DNA from: Malacoraja senta
Lineage: Eukaryota
Direction: 5' to 3'
DNA: 64,000 nucleotides
Assembly (NCBI GenBank): GCA_038087875.1
Contig: CM075980.1
Coordinates: forward strand, 9,300,001-9,364,000
Shown here: one piece after another, positions 23,201 through 36,925 of the stretch
Layout: each line of letters opens with the position of its first letter
Numbering within the stretch: position 1 is the stretch's first letter
The notes under the pieces: model-generated
What the model saw: only the letters and a program-made list of their open reading frames with translations
What the model was told of the DNA's origin: nothing
Database searches by the model: none
Program-made: the position numbers and the translations under genes

Positions 23201-24002
23201 AGTTTTAGATTACCCCAGACGAATTGTCCTCGCCCTTCACATGCTGTTAAGACCCAGCATAATCACATGTGCTTCAATTAAAGCACCTCTCACGCTTCTA
23301 ACCGTCGAGCAATTCCTCATAAGACAACTCACTCGTTGCAGATATGGGTCTACTGGTAATCATTTTCTGAATTGCTTCAAAGGCATTTACATTTCAATAC
23401 TCTGTTCGATTCTGCGATAAAGTATAACTGAAGCACTATCAACCTCTCCCTTTTGCATTCGTTTTTTCTGGTGTAAGATGCTAACACTGTTACCTTTCAT
23501 AGGTAGTTGTTGTAGCTCATTCCAGCCTGTTGCGAATCCTACCAGGGAACCGAAATAATTCTGCATCTCAAAACACTGCAAACTGTCATAATGTAAATAA
23601 GAAGGGGCTCGACCCGAAACGTCACCCATTCCTTCTCTCCAGAGATGCTGCCTGTCCCGCTGAGTTACTCCAGTCTTTTGTGTCTATATTGTAAAGAACA
23701 TTATTTTATATCATTTACCCTTCCAAAATTGACATTTCACATGTTCCCACATCGTGCATTTACCAGGCATTTGCCCATTCACTGGAACTATCCACATGCA
23801 CGGCGGCCTTGTTTGGTTCTTCATGTCATTAGCAAATTCAACAGCCAGACATTTTTCAGCCGTGTGTATACATTTTTGGAAATTGGGTCTCCAGCACTGA
23901 TCTATGAGGTACATAAGTTTTTGCATCTTTCCAACCAGAAATTAGCCTGTTTATGCGTTTTCTATATTTCCAACTGATCGCCCAATGTTCTGTTCTTCCG
24001 AT

Positions 24003-25087
24003 GACCATAAACATCAGGACTCTTAGGAAATAGGAGCAGGAGTAGGCCATTCGGTCCTTCGAGCAGCACCTCCATTCAATATGATCATGGCTGATCATCC
24101 AAAATCAGTACCCCGTACCTGCTTTCTCCCACACCCCTTGATTCCGTCAGCCCTAAAAGCTATATCTCTCTTGAACATATCCAGTGAATTGGCCTCCACT
24201 GCCTTCAGTGGCAGAGAATACAACAGATTCACAACTCTCTGGGTAAAAATGTGTTTCCGCATCTCAGTCCTAAATGCCCTACCCCTTATTTTTAAACGGC
24301 GACCCCTGGTTCTTGATTCCCCTAACATCGGGCATATGTTACCTGCATCTAACGCATCCAATCCCTTAAGAATGTTATATCTTTCTATAAGAACCCCTCT
24401 CAGCCTTCCGAATTCCAGTGCATATAAGCCCAGTCAATCATTTGTCAGTTCCACCATACCGGGAATTAATCTGGTGAACCTACGTTGCACTCCCTCAATA
24501 GCAAGAATGTCCTTCTTCAAATTAGGCAACTAAAACGGCACACATTTCTCCAGGTGTGGTCTCACCAGGGCCCTGCAGTAGGTCCACCTTTCTCCAATAC
24601 TCAAATCCTCTCGCTATGAAGGCCAACATGCAATTTGCTTTCTTCACTGCCTGCTGTACCTGCATGCTTTCTTTCAGTGACTGATGTTCAAGGACACCCA
24701 GGTCTCGTTGCACCTCCCCTTTCCCTAATCTGACACCATTGAGATAATAATCTGACCTTGTTTTTGCCACCAAAGTGGATAACCTCATATTTATCCACAC
24801 AATACTGCATCTGCCACGCATCTGCCCACTCACCCATCTTGTCCGTCACCCTGCAGCCTCATAGCATCTTCCTCGCAGCTCACACTGCCACCCAGCTTTG
24901 TGTGGTCCGCAAACTTGGAGATGTTACATTTAATTCCTTCATCATCGTCAATATATATTGTAAATAACCGAGGTCCCATCACTGAGTCTTGTGGCACTCC
25001 ACTAGTCACCGTCTGCCATTCTGAAAAGAACCCACTAATTCCTACTCTTTGCTTCCTGTCTGCCATACAGTTCTCCATCCGTCAATA
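24003..25087 (-). mobile_element. CR1 LINE 3' fragment, unit 2 copy
   Basis: Homologue of 7155-8245. Confidence 0.88.
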
Positions 25088-25229
25088 CCCTACCCGCAAT
25101 ATTACCGTATTATTTACCATATCAACCTTTGATTCATCTCCTTAACAAATGCCTGCTCGAAATTATATCTGCCTGGGATGGTACTTCTTCAAAGCCTTCC
25201 GTTAAGTTGGTGAAACATCGTTCATGAAT

Positions 25230-25925
25230 TCATAGATTGTAGGAGGAGAATTAGGCTATTCGGCCCATCAATTCTACCCCGCCATTCTATCACGCTTGAT
25301 TTATCTTTTCTTCTCAACCCCATTCTCCTGACTTCTTCTCATAACCCTTAACATAGTTACTAATCAACAACCACTCAATCTCCACCTTAAAAATATCAAT
25401 TGACTTGGCTTCCACAGCCTTCTGTGGCAATGAATTCCACAGATTCACCACCCTCTCACTAAAGGATTTCCTCCTCATCTCCTTTTTCAAATAGACGTGC
25501 TTTTATTCTGAGGCTTTCACCTCTGGTCCTAGACTCCCCCGCTCGGCGAAACATCCACTCCACATCCACTCTATCCAGGCCTTCACAATTCGGTTAATTT
25601 CAATGATGTCTCTCCCCTCTCATCCTCATAAACTATATAGCGAGCACGGATCCAGTGCCGTCAAACGCTCATCACACGTTAACCCAATTATCCCTGGGAT
25701 CACCCTCGTAAACCTCCTCTGGACCCTCTCCAATGCCAGCTCATCCTTCCTCAGATTGGAGCCCAAAACTGCTCACAACACTCCAAATGCGGTCTGACCA
25801 GTGCCTTAGCATTGCATCCCTGTTTTTGTATTTTGTTTTTGTGTTCTGGCCCTCTCGAAAGAAATGCTTTCCTTGCTGCCGACTTGTAAATTAATTTTTG
25901 GGAAATCCTGCACCAGCACTCCTGA
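25230..25925 (-). mobile_element. Second CR1 subfamily fragment, unit 2 copy
   Basis: Homologue of 8388-9095. Confidence 0.83.
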
Positions 25926-26562
25926 GCCCCTTTGCTCTCTCTTTATCAACAACATTTTAATTTTTGCGAGATAATCTGGATCATTTTGTCAGTACCCTTT
26001 ATATCGTTTTGGTAACATCTTCCAATATTTCTCCAGGACAGATGTGCAACCAACTGGCCTTCGGTGGACGATTTTCTGTCTCTCTTCCTTTCTGAACGTC
26101 CATGGTAGTTTTGAAATTAAAAAAATCAAACCAATGAATTCAGTACTGCAAGGGAATTAATTAAGACTCTAGAATGAAATACAATACATCTCAACGCCCT
26201 GTCAGCCCGATGAAAAATTACCATTTAAATAATCTGCCATCTCCATATTCCCCTTTAATTATACTACTGCGAATTATTTGTAGGAAAAGGACAAATGTAT
26301 TATTTTATACTTATTTGGGAGCTTAAGGGGATTAGTGCAAAGTCTGTACAGTCCCATCATTCAACACAGCTGACCCCTTTTACTCAGTAAATAAGAGCCT
26401 GCTCTCACACAACAGTTCCCGTCTGAGTCTCAGAGCTTCTCTCCCCCTCCCCCCGCCGCCGTTGAGATCACCGTTGTCTGCTATTCTCCTCCCACTTAAA
26501 ACAATATTAATATTTCTTTCTCCCAAAGGGCTGGAGCTGCAGAAATCTCATTTTACACCGAG

Positions 26563-26652
26563 CCAATAATTCAGTGAATCGATGTCACGTGGATAAAGAT
26601 TTGGCATGAATAATTAATAATTAGTGACGTTGGGATGCTGAAGACTTTAAAA
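26563..26652 (+). promoter_or_regulatory. IgL cluster 2 promoter: CCAAT, CACGTG (26586), ATTTGGCAT (26599), TGACGT, TTTAAAA
   Basis: Positional homologue of the cluster 1 promoter. The distal site reads GTCACGTG rather than GTGACGTG. Confidence 0.7.
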
Positions 26653-26716
26653 GAGAAGCGTCGAAAGGGCTCAAAACCTCGCTTGTGTAGCAAAATATTG
26701 CTTTATCACCTTCGAC

Positions 26717-26762
26717 ATGGCTGCATGGGTTTGGGTTCTCGCCTTGGTGACCTGTTTCCACT
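26717..26762 (+). CDS. IGL: Ig lambda cluster 2 leader exon
   Basis: MAAWVWVLALVTCFH + T, GTGAGT donor at 26763. Confidence 0.93.
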
Positions 26763-26856
26763 GTGAGTAGAGCGCAGAATGATTAATGTTGTATCGCTTT
26801 ACAATCTGCTGTGTTTTATCTAATGGTTCTGTATATTTATCTGTTTTTTCTATCAG

Positions 26857-27204
26857 GTATAAACGCGGAGACTACCTTGACTCAGGTCCCGGCTATATCA
26901 ACCTCGCCGGGAAAAACCGTCAAAATCACCTGTACCCTGTCAGGAGGCAGCATCGGTAGCTACTACACGAGCTGGTACTGGCAGAAGCCGGACAGCAGCC
27001 CTGTCTTCGTGTGGTATGGAAGCTCCACCAGAGGCACCGGAATTCCAGACAGATTCACGGGTTCCGTGGACTCATCCATTAACCAAATGCATTTAACCAT
27101 CACCAACGTGCAATCGGAGGATGCTGCCGATTATTACTGTGGTGTGCAGGACCACAGTAACTACAAATTCACCTTTGGGAGAGGAACCAAACTGAATCTA
27201 AGCA
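26857..27204 (+). CDS. IGLV: Germline-joined VJ exon, cluster 2 (CDR3 GVQDHSNYKFT)
   Basis: CAG acceptor 26854-26856, open V+J frame, GTAAGT donor at 27205. Confidence 0.97.
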
Positions 27205-29601
27205 GTAAGTAAAATATTCACGTTTTGATACAACGAATCGTTGAACTTAGGTTTTGCTTTCCTTCATAAATCCTCGGTAGAAAGATCATATTAAACCTAA
27301 GTAGAACACAACGGGTCAGCTAGCATCTCCGGTAGACGTATGGATGGGCAATATTTCGTGTCGGAACAAAGTCTCTTTGGGAGACTGTACCGAAAGGAAA
27401 ATCGTCGTTCTATGTCCTCCAGAGATGCTGTCGGATCCGCTGTGCTGTACTCAAGATGGCAACTTGTTTCTCCTACGTGAACTTGGTGTTTAAGATCCTT
27501 TATCTCCATCCCTACAACACTCCGAGAAATCTGCGCTCACCTAACCGTGGCTTCTTGATCATCGTGGAATTTAACGCCTTCACATACTGACAGTTGTGCT
27601 TCAAAGTTGTTAAATTCTGGAATGATATCCTGAAGCTCTATTTTCCCCTTTCTTCCCCGATGTTCATGAAACCTGCTCCTTTAACAGAAATACCGATTCT
27701 CTGATTTGAAGTATCCTCAAATGGCGGGTTTCGTCCGAGACTGCTGCTATTGATCACTTTGCTTCAATATAAGCGTAATGCAAACGAAAACTGTTGCCGT
27801 TTCCTGAAGAAATGTTCGGGAAATTATGAGATTTTATTAGTTTTCGGTATATTGTGGATACGGAGAATACCAACTCTGACAGTGGGCCAAATAGAATCAT
27901 TGGAAGCATCCAAATGAAAGTTAATAAACATTTGGCAAGGGATGTTGGTGAATTAAATGGGATATTTTTAAAATTGCAAATACCCATTAGGGCAGCTTGC
28001 GCGAAGTTGATTTCTGATCGTTTTAATGATACCATGAGGGTGAAGTGGCGTTTCGACGGGTTTACATGCGCTCCCGACAACAGCGCTAAAACTAATTGTC
28101 AAGGAAAAGGTAAAAAAACAAATATTTAAACGCTTCGCACGGCACCATTTCAATTCCCTTTACGCGAAAGTGTGGAGGATTGTTGCAAGTCTGATTCAGC
28201 TCCGAAATTAGAAACAAGAGCAGAACCGTATTCGGGTTCATTTCTCCTTCAGCTCGCCATTGCCACCTTAGCTGATCACATTTGTGTGGATATGCCGCCA
28301 GACTCTTTGTACCCACCTTGTAGAACCTGCAAGGGATTTTGATGCTGGTTCTCCGATTGTCATCGAGTGTATGATATAGCAGAAAACACAGACTGTTCAT
28401 TATGCTGTTAAACATGATCCCTGTGATTGTTGATGTTATTTACGGGCAGGCATTTGGTAGACCGACATGTTAAAAGGCTTAAAAGAGCGAGACATCATTT
28501 TGCCATTTTCGGATAAATTAGTGCAGAAATGGGCACACAAGTATACGAGGTTATTGCTGAATTGCCTAGAATCGAAAGATTGGAAGGATATATTACAGCG
28601 TCTTTAAATTCAGCATTAGCTTGATATGTTTTTTAAGTCCGAATATGTTGGATGTTAAACCCAGAGCTGTCTTGATATGTGTCAGAAGGAATTTGAATCT
28701 GACAAAACATTTCTTTAGTTTTACCTTTCATATTGCTGACCGCCACAATCCTTGAATCAATGGACTTTCTGGACGATGTGGAAGATTCACTAATAAGTAA
28801 CATTCTAAAGACTATTCCGGGAAAGAATTGGGATTACTGTTTAAACAAGCATTGATTTGGAAATGCTGCTCATTCTGCCAGGATGAGTTGTGATTCCATT
28901 TTTCCTTCCCGTTTCCATGATCTGAAGAAAATCGTAGGCCACATGTTTTACCAAACCTCGGATATTCGCACAGTAAAAATTAACTTATCATGTTTCTGCT
29001 GTATAAAATGAGGTTTATAAATCAACGGTAATTGTAAAGCCAGTGCAGTACACCGCCATAGAGCCACAGTCATCGAGTTATGCAGCGGTGGAACAGTCCT
29101 GAAGTCCACTTATTTCATGCCGACCGAGATGCCCTACTTGAGCTGGTCCCATTTGCGCGTGCCAGGCCCATATCTCTTTGAACCTTTCTTATCCAAGTAT
29201 TAATTCAAATGTTTTTTTAAATGGTGTTATTGTACCTGCCTCATCAACTTCGCCGGGGAACTCTTTCCATGGAGTCAACGCATTATGTGTACAAATGTTG
29301 CACTGAACCTAAACCCTCTAATTCTTCATTCTCCTACTATGGGGAAAACCATAAGTATTCCGTGCGCTAACCCTATGTATTCCCCTCGCGATTTTGTATA
29401 CCGCCATGCGATCACCCTAAGGACTTCTACATACCAAGGACTAACGTCCTCGCATGACCAATCTATGCCTATAGTTCAGGCGTTCGAAACCTGGCACCGT
29501 CGTCGTAAATCTTGCCTGGAGTCGTTCCAACTGAATCGATTCTGACTTTTAACGTCAACTGATAAATAACTCACTTGAATTTATTTCAATTCTATTTTCA
29601 G

Positions 29602-29924
29602 GTCCGCGGCCCCCCACCGTTTCGATTCTGGCGCCTTCAATGGGTGAAGTCACCGCAAAAAGTACTGCCACCCTGGTGTGTTTGGTGAGCGGGTTCAATC
29701 CGGGCGCTGTTGACATTGAATGGACCGTAGACGGCAGTGCGAGAAGTGATGGCGCTGCGACCAGCCGGGTCCAGCAGGAGAAGGACAACTCGTTCAGTGC
29801 GAGCAGTTACCTGACTCTGCCAGCCTCCGACTGGAACTCACACGACCTTTACTCCTGTGTGGTTAAACACGAAACCCAGGCAAACCCGATTAAGGCCAAT
29901 ATCGCCAGATCCAGTTGCCTCTAA
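29602..29924 (+). CDS. IGLC: Ig lambda constant exon, cluster 2
   Basis: AG acceptor 29600-29601. Only 3 nt differ from C1 over 323 nt (one N>D). Confidence 0.97.
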
Positions 29925-30103
29925 TTCAAAGGATGAAATTCCCGATTTGCTACATTTCTTTGTAAATTAATCCAATATTCAGATATCGAATGTTCGCTTT
30001 AACAGGGTATTTGTTCAAACGCAGCACGTGTGCATTTTGTTGCCTTGTATGCGCTGTCCGTATTTTACGATGAATTAAAAAACAATAATGTAACATTTAA
30101 TGC

Positions 30104-30109
30104 AATAAA
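30104..30109 (+). terminator. Candidate polyA signal, cluster 2
   Basis: AATAAA homologous to 13270. Confidence 0.7.
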
Positions 30110-31308
30110 GCCGATTATTCTATTTACGATGCATCGTTGTCATTTTCTGTGCAAATGTCCTTGCCTTCAATAGAATAAAAACAATAATGTCCGATGATGC
30201 CAGTGTATATAAACTGGCATTTAGTGAAACGTCGTTATATTTCAAATAAACTGCGTTTTCATGATTGATGATGATCCATGTGTTAGGACAGCTGAAGGGA
30301 CTGCTTGCAAGTACCCCCGATTGAAGAAATTAGGTGCAAATCCGTGTCTCCTATTTTGGATATCCCAGAAATACGGAAGGGCAGTCTTGGCATTACGCTA
30401 ATATGCTTAAATGACACAAATGTCTCTAATCGATCCGCACAAAATATCACAATATATCAGTTTATTCCATGAAAACGCGATGAAAAGTGTGGTTTGACGA
30501 ATTCGTAAACCGCGGCATTACCGTGGTCTTAAGTCAGCTCAACATTAATCACCAGAAGTGGTCATATATTTAAACAGTATAACGAGAGGAATAAAGTTCA
30601 GGCTCGGCGGGGTGAGCGCTAGACTCATCTTGAAGGGGGGCTTCGCGCCAACAATTAACCGAAGTAAAAGTAGTTACTTCGCGATTCCCAGAAATGGGAT
30701 AAACAGCTTTCGGGATATGGCAACTGCTTGGATGTTCTTCTCTGGGAATTAAAAAAATGTTTAACAGGAGGAATAAATTGGGAGAATTTATGTACTGTGG
30801 CTGGGGAAAATCTGCTTCCGATGTGGGTAAGTCCTATCTGGAGAGACCCTCCAGTATGATGTCAATTTCCAGTCATAAAATAACAGGTTGGGGACGTGTG
30901 CTGTCTATTTTCACCCCATCCCTTCCTCGACGGTTATCATTCACTCCCTTTCCCCCTTATTTTATGGCTGATTTCACATCTTGTTCCCTTTTCACCCCCA
31001 GCCTTTGCCAATTTACCCCCACCGCCATCTGCTAATCAATCCCCTCTCACATGTATCCACCTATCACTTGGCAGGCTGTATCACACCTCATATCTATTTT
31101 CAGCTTTCTCCCCTCTGTTCCAATTAGTCTGCAGAAGGTTCTCAACCTGAAATGATGCCTCGCCATTCTAATCAGATGTTGCCTGACCCGGCGAGTCATG
31201 TAGAGTCCAATGGCGAAGTCTTGTTTTGCTGGATTTGTCCGGTATTATGATTACCTCTCTGATCGAATTTACCTCTTCAATCCACTTCTTGTCAGAAAAA
31301 ACATAATC

Positions 31309-31663
31309 GGGGGGATGATAGTTGAAGAGTTGGTATGTCCTATTTACGTGATGCTCAAAAAAAAAAAACATTTGTTTTTCTTTTTTTCTCTCTCTCTTTT
31401 CTTTTCTTAGGGCCTATTTCTTAACTCTTTTTTTTTTTTGTTTTTAATTTCGCTTTCATAGGGTCCTCGTCCTTTTTTTTTTTTGTTGTTACATTTTCTA
31501 CACTTTTCTACACTTGCACTTTTTCCTTCACTTTCTTCTCTCTTTCAATCTTTTCTTTCTTTAGCGTAAAAAAAATAAAATAAAGGGAGTACATTAATTG
31601 TAAGAAGATATAAATGACGAGTATTAATGTATGTGGCTGTGATGTAATGTACTTCTAATAAAT

Positions 31664-31700
<37 letters not shown>
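31309..31700 (+). mobile_element. Unit-2-specific polyadenylated retroposed insert with 13-bp target-site duplication
   Basis: TSD AAAAAACATAATC at 31296-31308 and 31701-31713, AATAAA at 31657, uninterrupted A-run 31672-31706. Empty site at ~14455 and ~52570. Confidence 0.9.
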
Positions 31701-31707
<7 letters not shown>

Positions 31708-32314
31708 ATAATCTCGGAGGCCCCATTAATTAAATAGAGAGCCGAGATTAGAAAGTGAGAGTAGAAAGAAAAGTAACGTTTTATCCGTAAATATATACTA
31801 TTTTCATTTTCTTGAATCAGCTTTTTCAACGATATAATTAATTTACAAAATGTGATTTTTTTTATAGAGACAAATCTCGTATTTCATAGTTTTACAGCCC
31901 CTTTTAAAATTGAAGTAATTAGGTGGGGAAAGCCTCAAAGTTAGTGACAGAAGGAGAAGCTCCGTCCTCAGCATTCCCCTCTCTTGTTGCAGGGCCAGGG
32001 CTAGATTGCTTGTTCCAGGGCCAGCGCATGAAGCCGACAACTCCTGGGGCCTTGTGGCTACCTTCTGCATCCGAAGCAGGTAAATGTGGATGGGCGGTGG
32101 ACCACATCTTGAAAAATTCGCATGATATTCGATTACAATTCGATACACAACATTCTCACAATTCCACTTGTGAAGCACTCTACGTATATTTATCAGTTAA
32201 TGCATTTGTCGTTACAAAGCCATAAATGACCGATATTTTCCACCATGTCCACGGTACATTATGATTCGTTCTTCACTAAAGGCTGGAGCTACGAACGTTT
32301 TCAAACAAGGGAGC

Positions 32315-32608
32315 GGGGCACATTGGCCCAGCGGTGGAGCTGCTGCCTCATAGCGCCAGGGACCTGGGTTCAATCCCGACTACGGGTGCTGTCTGTATGA
32401 AATTTGTACATTCTCCCCGAAGCCGCGTGGGATTTCTCTGGGTGCTCCGGTTTCCTCCCACGTTCCAAAGACGTCCAGATATTTTTAGATTTTTTACCTT
32501 CTGTAAATTGTCCCTATTGGATAGATATACTGTATGGGCTGATTGCTGGTCGGTGTTGACTCGATTAGCCGAAGGGCCAGTTTCCACGCTGTACTGAAGT
32601 AAACTAAA
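32315..32608 (+). mobile_element. V-SINE (HE1-like), unit 2 copy A
   Basis: A box TGGCCCAGCGG, B box GGTTCAATCCC, V core and CR1-type tail. Confidence 0.88.
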
Positions 32609-32795
32609 CACTCCCGTCCACGAACTTACTGGATTGGAATGCTCGTCCGTTTCTTCACTTCCCAGTTCAGTTGCAAAAATAAGACAAAGTGTCTTATTTG
32701 CCCCGACAACAGCGCCCCCGCCCACTCCCCATCAACCCCTGAACCTCCCAGGGATCTATTCTTGGTCCCTCCAATTCACATCACACTAATTCATA

Positions 32796-33045
32796 GGCGG
32801 GCGGTGGCGCAGCGGTAGAGTTGCTGCGTTACAGCGCTTACAGCGCCAGAGACACGGGTTCGCACCCGGCTACAGGAGCTTCTCTGTACGGAATTTGTAC
32901 GTTCTCACCGTGACCTGCGTGGGGTTTCTCCGAGAGCTTCGGTTTCCTCCCACACTCCAAAGGATAGTGTTAATGTGCGGGGGTCGATCGTCGATGCGGA
33001 CTCGGTGGGCCGACGGGCCTGATTCCGCTATATATCTAAACTAAA
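32796..33045 (+). mobile_element. V-SINE (HE1-like), unit 2 copy B, full length
   Basis: A box TGGCGCAGCGG, B box GGTTCGCACCC, V core and (TAAAC)n end. Confidence 0.88.
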
Positions 33046-33259
33046 CGAATGCCTTTGAAACAGGCTGTCGCTTTACAGTCCAACCTCATCATACCCTTCT
33101 CCCAACCCATTCAATGCCAGAGCTTGGACTAGACTTTGCTGAACATAACAAAGTCTCTGACAGATCAGAGCAGTAATTCCACAAACATTTGCATGAAAAC
33201 AGAAAACCCTTTTATTTACTCCCCATCTGAACCGTAATTCCACGATTAAACACGGATAT

Positions 33260-33810
33260 CGCCAAAACGACGCAGGTCGGTGGACTCATCGATCGTGTTC
33301 CACTCGCGGAGACATGAGTTCCCTGTGCCTCATCTTTCACCCCAGCAGCCTCTGCATCCAACACATAACTCTCAGACATTTTCGTCACCTCCCAAGGTGA
33401 TCCCACCACTAAGCACCTCTTCCAATCTCCAACCTTTTCCGCATTTCACAGATACCATTCCCTCCGCAACTCATTCATCGCTTTCCACTGAAGCATCTGT
33501 CCTTATTCCTCCACCCTCAGGTCCACCCAGCGACCTCGGCAGTGAGATTCACATGCACCGCCTCTATCCTTATCTCCTCGATCTGGTGTTCCGGATGTGG
33601 GCTACTGAACATCGGCTAGACCAAGCGTAGACTCGGCGACCGTTTAACTGAAATTGCGAAGGGCTACTAGATCTCCCGGTGGCTAGCCCCTTTAACACCC
33701 CCCCCTTCCCATTACACTGACCTTTCCGGCCTGGGCCTCCTCCATTGTCAGAGCGAGTGTACACGCACATTGGAGGAATAGGAACACATTTCGCTCGGGT
33801 AGTTGATTGG
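33260..33810 (+). mobile_element. Penelope-like GIY-YIG remnant, unit 2 copy
   Basis: Homologue of 15900-16445. Confidence 0.78.
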
Positions 33811-33814
33811 TCAC

Positions 33815-34200
33815 CTATCCTCACAGAAAGTGGTCCGTTGGTCAGGAGGGTGCTGATTCCGTTCCAATAGTTTGGAGATGAGCTTGCTTATGATAATGGT
33901 ATTGAAAGCAGGGCTCTAGTCTATGAATAGGAGTCTGATGTAGGTGCTCGTCCTCATCCAGATGTTCTAGGGACAAGTGTAGGTGCCAGAGAGATGGCAT
34001 CAGCAGTGGACCTGTTGTGGTAGTAGGTGAACTGCTGTAGACCAAGGCTGCTTGGTAGGCTGAATCTAGCTGCTCTAGAAGCAATTCGTAATGGTGGATG
34101 TCAAGACATGTGGACGATAGTCATTAAGGCATGAGATCTCGATTTTCTTTGGCACCGAGGAGATAGTGGTCTTCTTGACGCATATCCGTATCTCAGAATT
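33815..34200 (-). mobile_element. Rex1/Babar RT fragment, unit 2 copy
   Basis: Minus ORFs 33842-34084 and 34075-34311 ([19 protein letters not shown]) match RT motifs VPKKSKVTCLNHYRPVALT. Confidence 0.8.
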
Positions 34201-36736
34201 AATTCCGGGTCTACAATTAGACCTGTCTCCTTCACCAGAAAGAGCAAAATATATGATTCTTGATGATCTACATTGATATCCTACACCCAGTTCCAAGTCG
34301 AACATATCCATGCTTTGTCCCCATTTTCCTTTCCCCGCGAGGCTTCGTTTGCGTTTGATGGGCGACGGGTATTTTGGAAATACAGGTCGGCGTTTAGTGT
34401 TTCATCAACGCAGTATTCCTCAACCTCCATACGAGCTTGGATATTTGGCCCAGCAAGCTCCTGCCATCACATCTTCGCGGCGCCACGTGGTTTATATACA
34501 CTCAGAAATGACAAGGAACAATAATCTTGCTGATAGTCCCTCCCCACGAACCCCTATTCGCCAACGACATCTCTTCCCTACTCTAGAACCATTGGTGCTG
34601 GCCAGTGGCAGATCCCGTCGATGGTTCTTTCCAGGGATCCTGAAATTCATCCCGTTGTTCAATGGCTTTAATGTTCACATCAATGGTAGGCTCTTCTGTG
34701 TTCCGGCTGTATTTGGTGAGATTATGTTGGTTCTGGTACAGTGAAATTGCAATGCAGTTTGTGGAAGGAGGTTGGCCAGACCAGGCATGAAGGACAATTT
34801 ACATGTTGAAATTGTTCCATTTCCAACGGTGTCAGATGGTGTAACTTGAATCCAATGAATTCCAATGGTGTAACCTGAATACAATAATCCACATTTTTAA
34901 ATTACCTTTAAAATAAATAAATTTGAAATATATTTATAAAACTGCAACAGTTTCAGAAGGAAATGTCACTTCCTATTAAAAAAAAAGAGCAGGAGTCTAA
35001 AATTTGGTCAACAGAGATGGCTTTTGAGGTCAGCTACAAGGAGGAGTGCAAAGTAGTGAGATGAATATATGTTGGTGTGAACTTCCAGAGATTTGGGATT
35101 TGCCAGGTGAAGACTGACGCCAATAATAAAAATAGTTAAAGCCAGGGATGCTTTTAGGTCCAGAATTTGAGACCTCCCGCTCTTTCCAGTTTATATATTC
35201 TTTGTGTCTGATCAGCTATTTATTTAAAAATGTTCCTTCTATTGAGGTAGTTAGTCTGGTGAAATGAATAATGGGGTTTTCAATGAAATTAGGCGAGAAT
35301 CGAATTATAGAACTATATCTTTTAAACGTGCCTCGACTGCAAGCTACTGTGATATATATTCAATTGCATTGCTGTACTTTAGTAAATTTCACCAGTTGTT
35401 ATATCCATCATGTACTACATTTACAACTCAAAAGTCTGCGTAACAACCTGGGGGCTCTCGTGAAAATTCTCATTTGATCTGCAATTTGGTTGTCTTCCGG
35501 AAGAAAACCCAGAGGGAAATATCTCTCATTCCCGGTTAGACTTAATTTCACAGAAGAAATGGTAGTACGTCTCGCATAATATTACGTAAATAAATGATTG
35601 GAAAGTTTATGAAATTGCATTTATTTGAATGCATATCATTCGTAAATAACAATATAATTGGGAACAATTCCTATGCTTATATGATCACAAGTGGATGGAT
35701 CTCAGTTCACAACCGTTGGTTCTTGATTGTCCTACTCTGGGTAAAAGAGTAGAGAACGAAGGTTTAAGGTGAGAGGGGAATGATTTAATAGGAACCTGAG
35801 GGGCAACATTTTCGCACAGAGGTTGGTGAGTATATGGAACGAGCTGCCACAAGAGGTAGTTCAAACAAGTACTATAACAACATTTAAAAAAACATTTGGC
35901 CAGGTACATTGATAGGAAAGGTTTAGAGGGATACGGGCCAAACGCGGGCAGGTGGGACTCGTTGGGCCGAAGGGTTGTTTCCCTACTGAATATATCCAAG
36001 TGATACATGCTTACAGCGAATCTGCAGAAATCATCGGGACCTGTACAAAAAGAAGCCCAGTTGGAAGAGGAATGCGGGTGCTGTTGAGCAGGAGCACTCA
36101 TCTCTGTATCTTAAAATAAAGTTGTCTGGCCGCTCACAATAACCCAAGATGTAGCTTCGAGTAAATTTTCACCCTGCATGATGTGGCGTAGCTTCGACGA
36201 TGTTCTGTGGTCCCTGCCGTTATCTTGCTCCTAGATGCTGAATCAATCCAAAAATAGTGACATCATCTGCAGCACCTTTGGGATATTTACAGGTCTTGTC
36301 ATTTATGGGGAGGCAAATTCAAACTGCTTGATGTGAAAATACTGGTATTGCCCAAATGTTCGTCTCTGTGCCGTACAGACTTGCAACATTAGATGGCAGC
36401 ATTGCATCGGTTATGAAATAATGTTCATTTATTGCGGAGATAGGACAAATGGTCAATTATCTCTGTAGCAATATTACGATAATGTGATTGCCCATAAACC
36501 CATCTAATGTCTACTCATTTGGCGATTATGGGTGTAGATGCGAATATACTAAGTGAGGAGCGGCTTTAACATTTGACACATGACAGTAAAAAAGACGGAG
36601 GCAATAAACTTACTGAATGCTCAATTGCACTTGGAGAAACAAACACAAAATATTTTTCCTCGTAAGTGCAATTCATAGTGACATAGTCTTAAAAAAAGAG
36701 TTCGGACAAACAACATACAAGCAGCTCGCTCTGGGT

Positions 36737-36925
36737 AAAGGATGTAATAGGCTGGGTGAGTGGGCAAATGCATGGCAGATGCAGTATAATGTGGATAAAT
36801 ATGAGGTTATCCACTTTGGTGGCAAAAACAGAAACGTAGACTATTATCTAAATGGTGGCCGATTAGGAAAAGAGGAGATGCAACGAGACCTGGGTGTCAA
36901 GGTACACCAGTCATTGAAAGTAGGC
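36737..36925 (+). mobile_element. Left part of unit-3 CR1 copy, interrupted by Rex1 insertion (right part 39666-39845)
   Basis: WQMQYNVDK.EVIHFGG motif. Sequence matches 2500-2683, then switches abruptly at 36926. Confidence 0.9.

Noticed and set aside
27153-27159. CACAGTA heptamer-like sequence in CDR3 of cluster 2 as a leftover V RSS
   Set aside because: No nonamer at 12 or 23 nt (CCTTTGGGA, GGAACCAAA), and it is absent from the other three copies.
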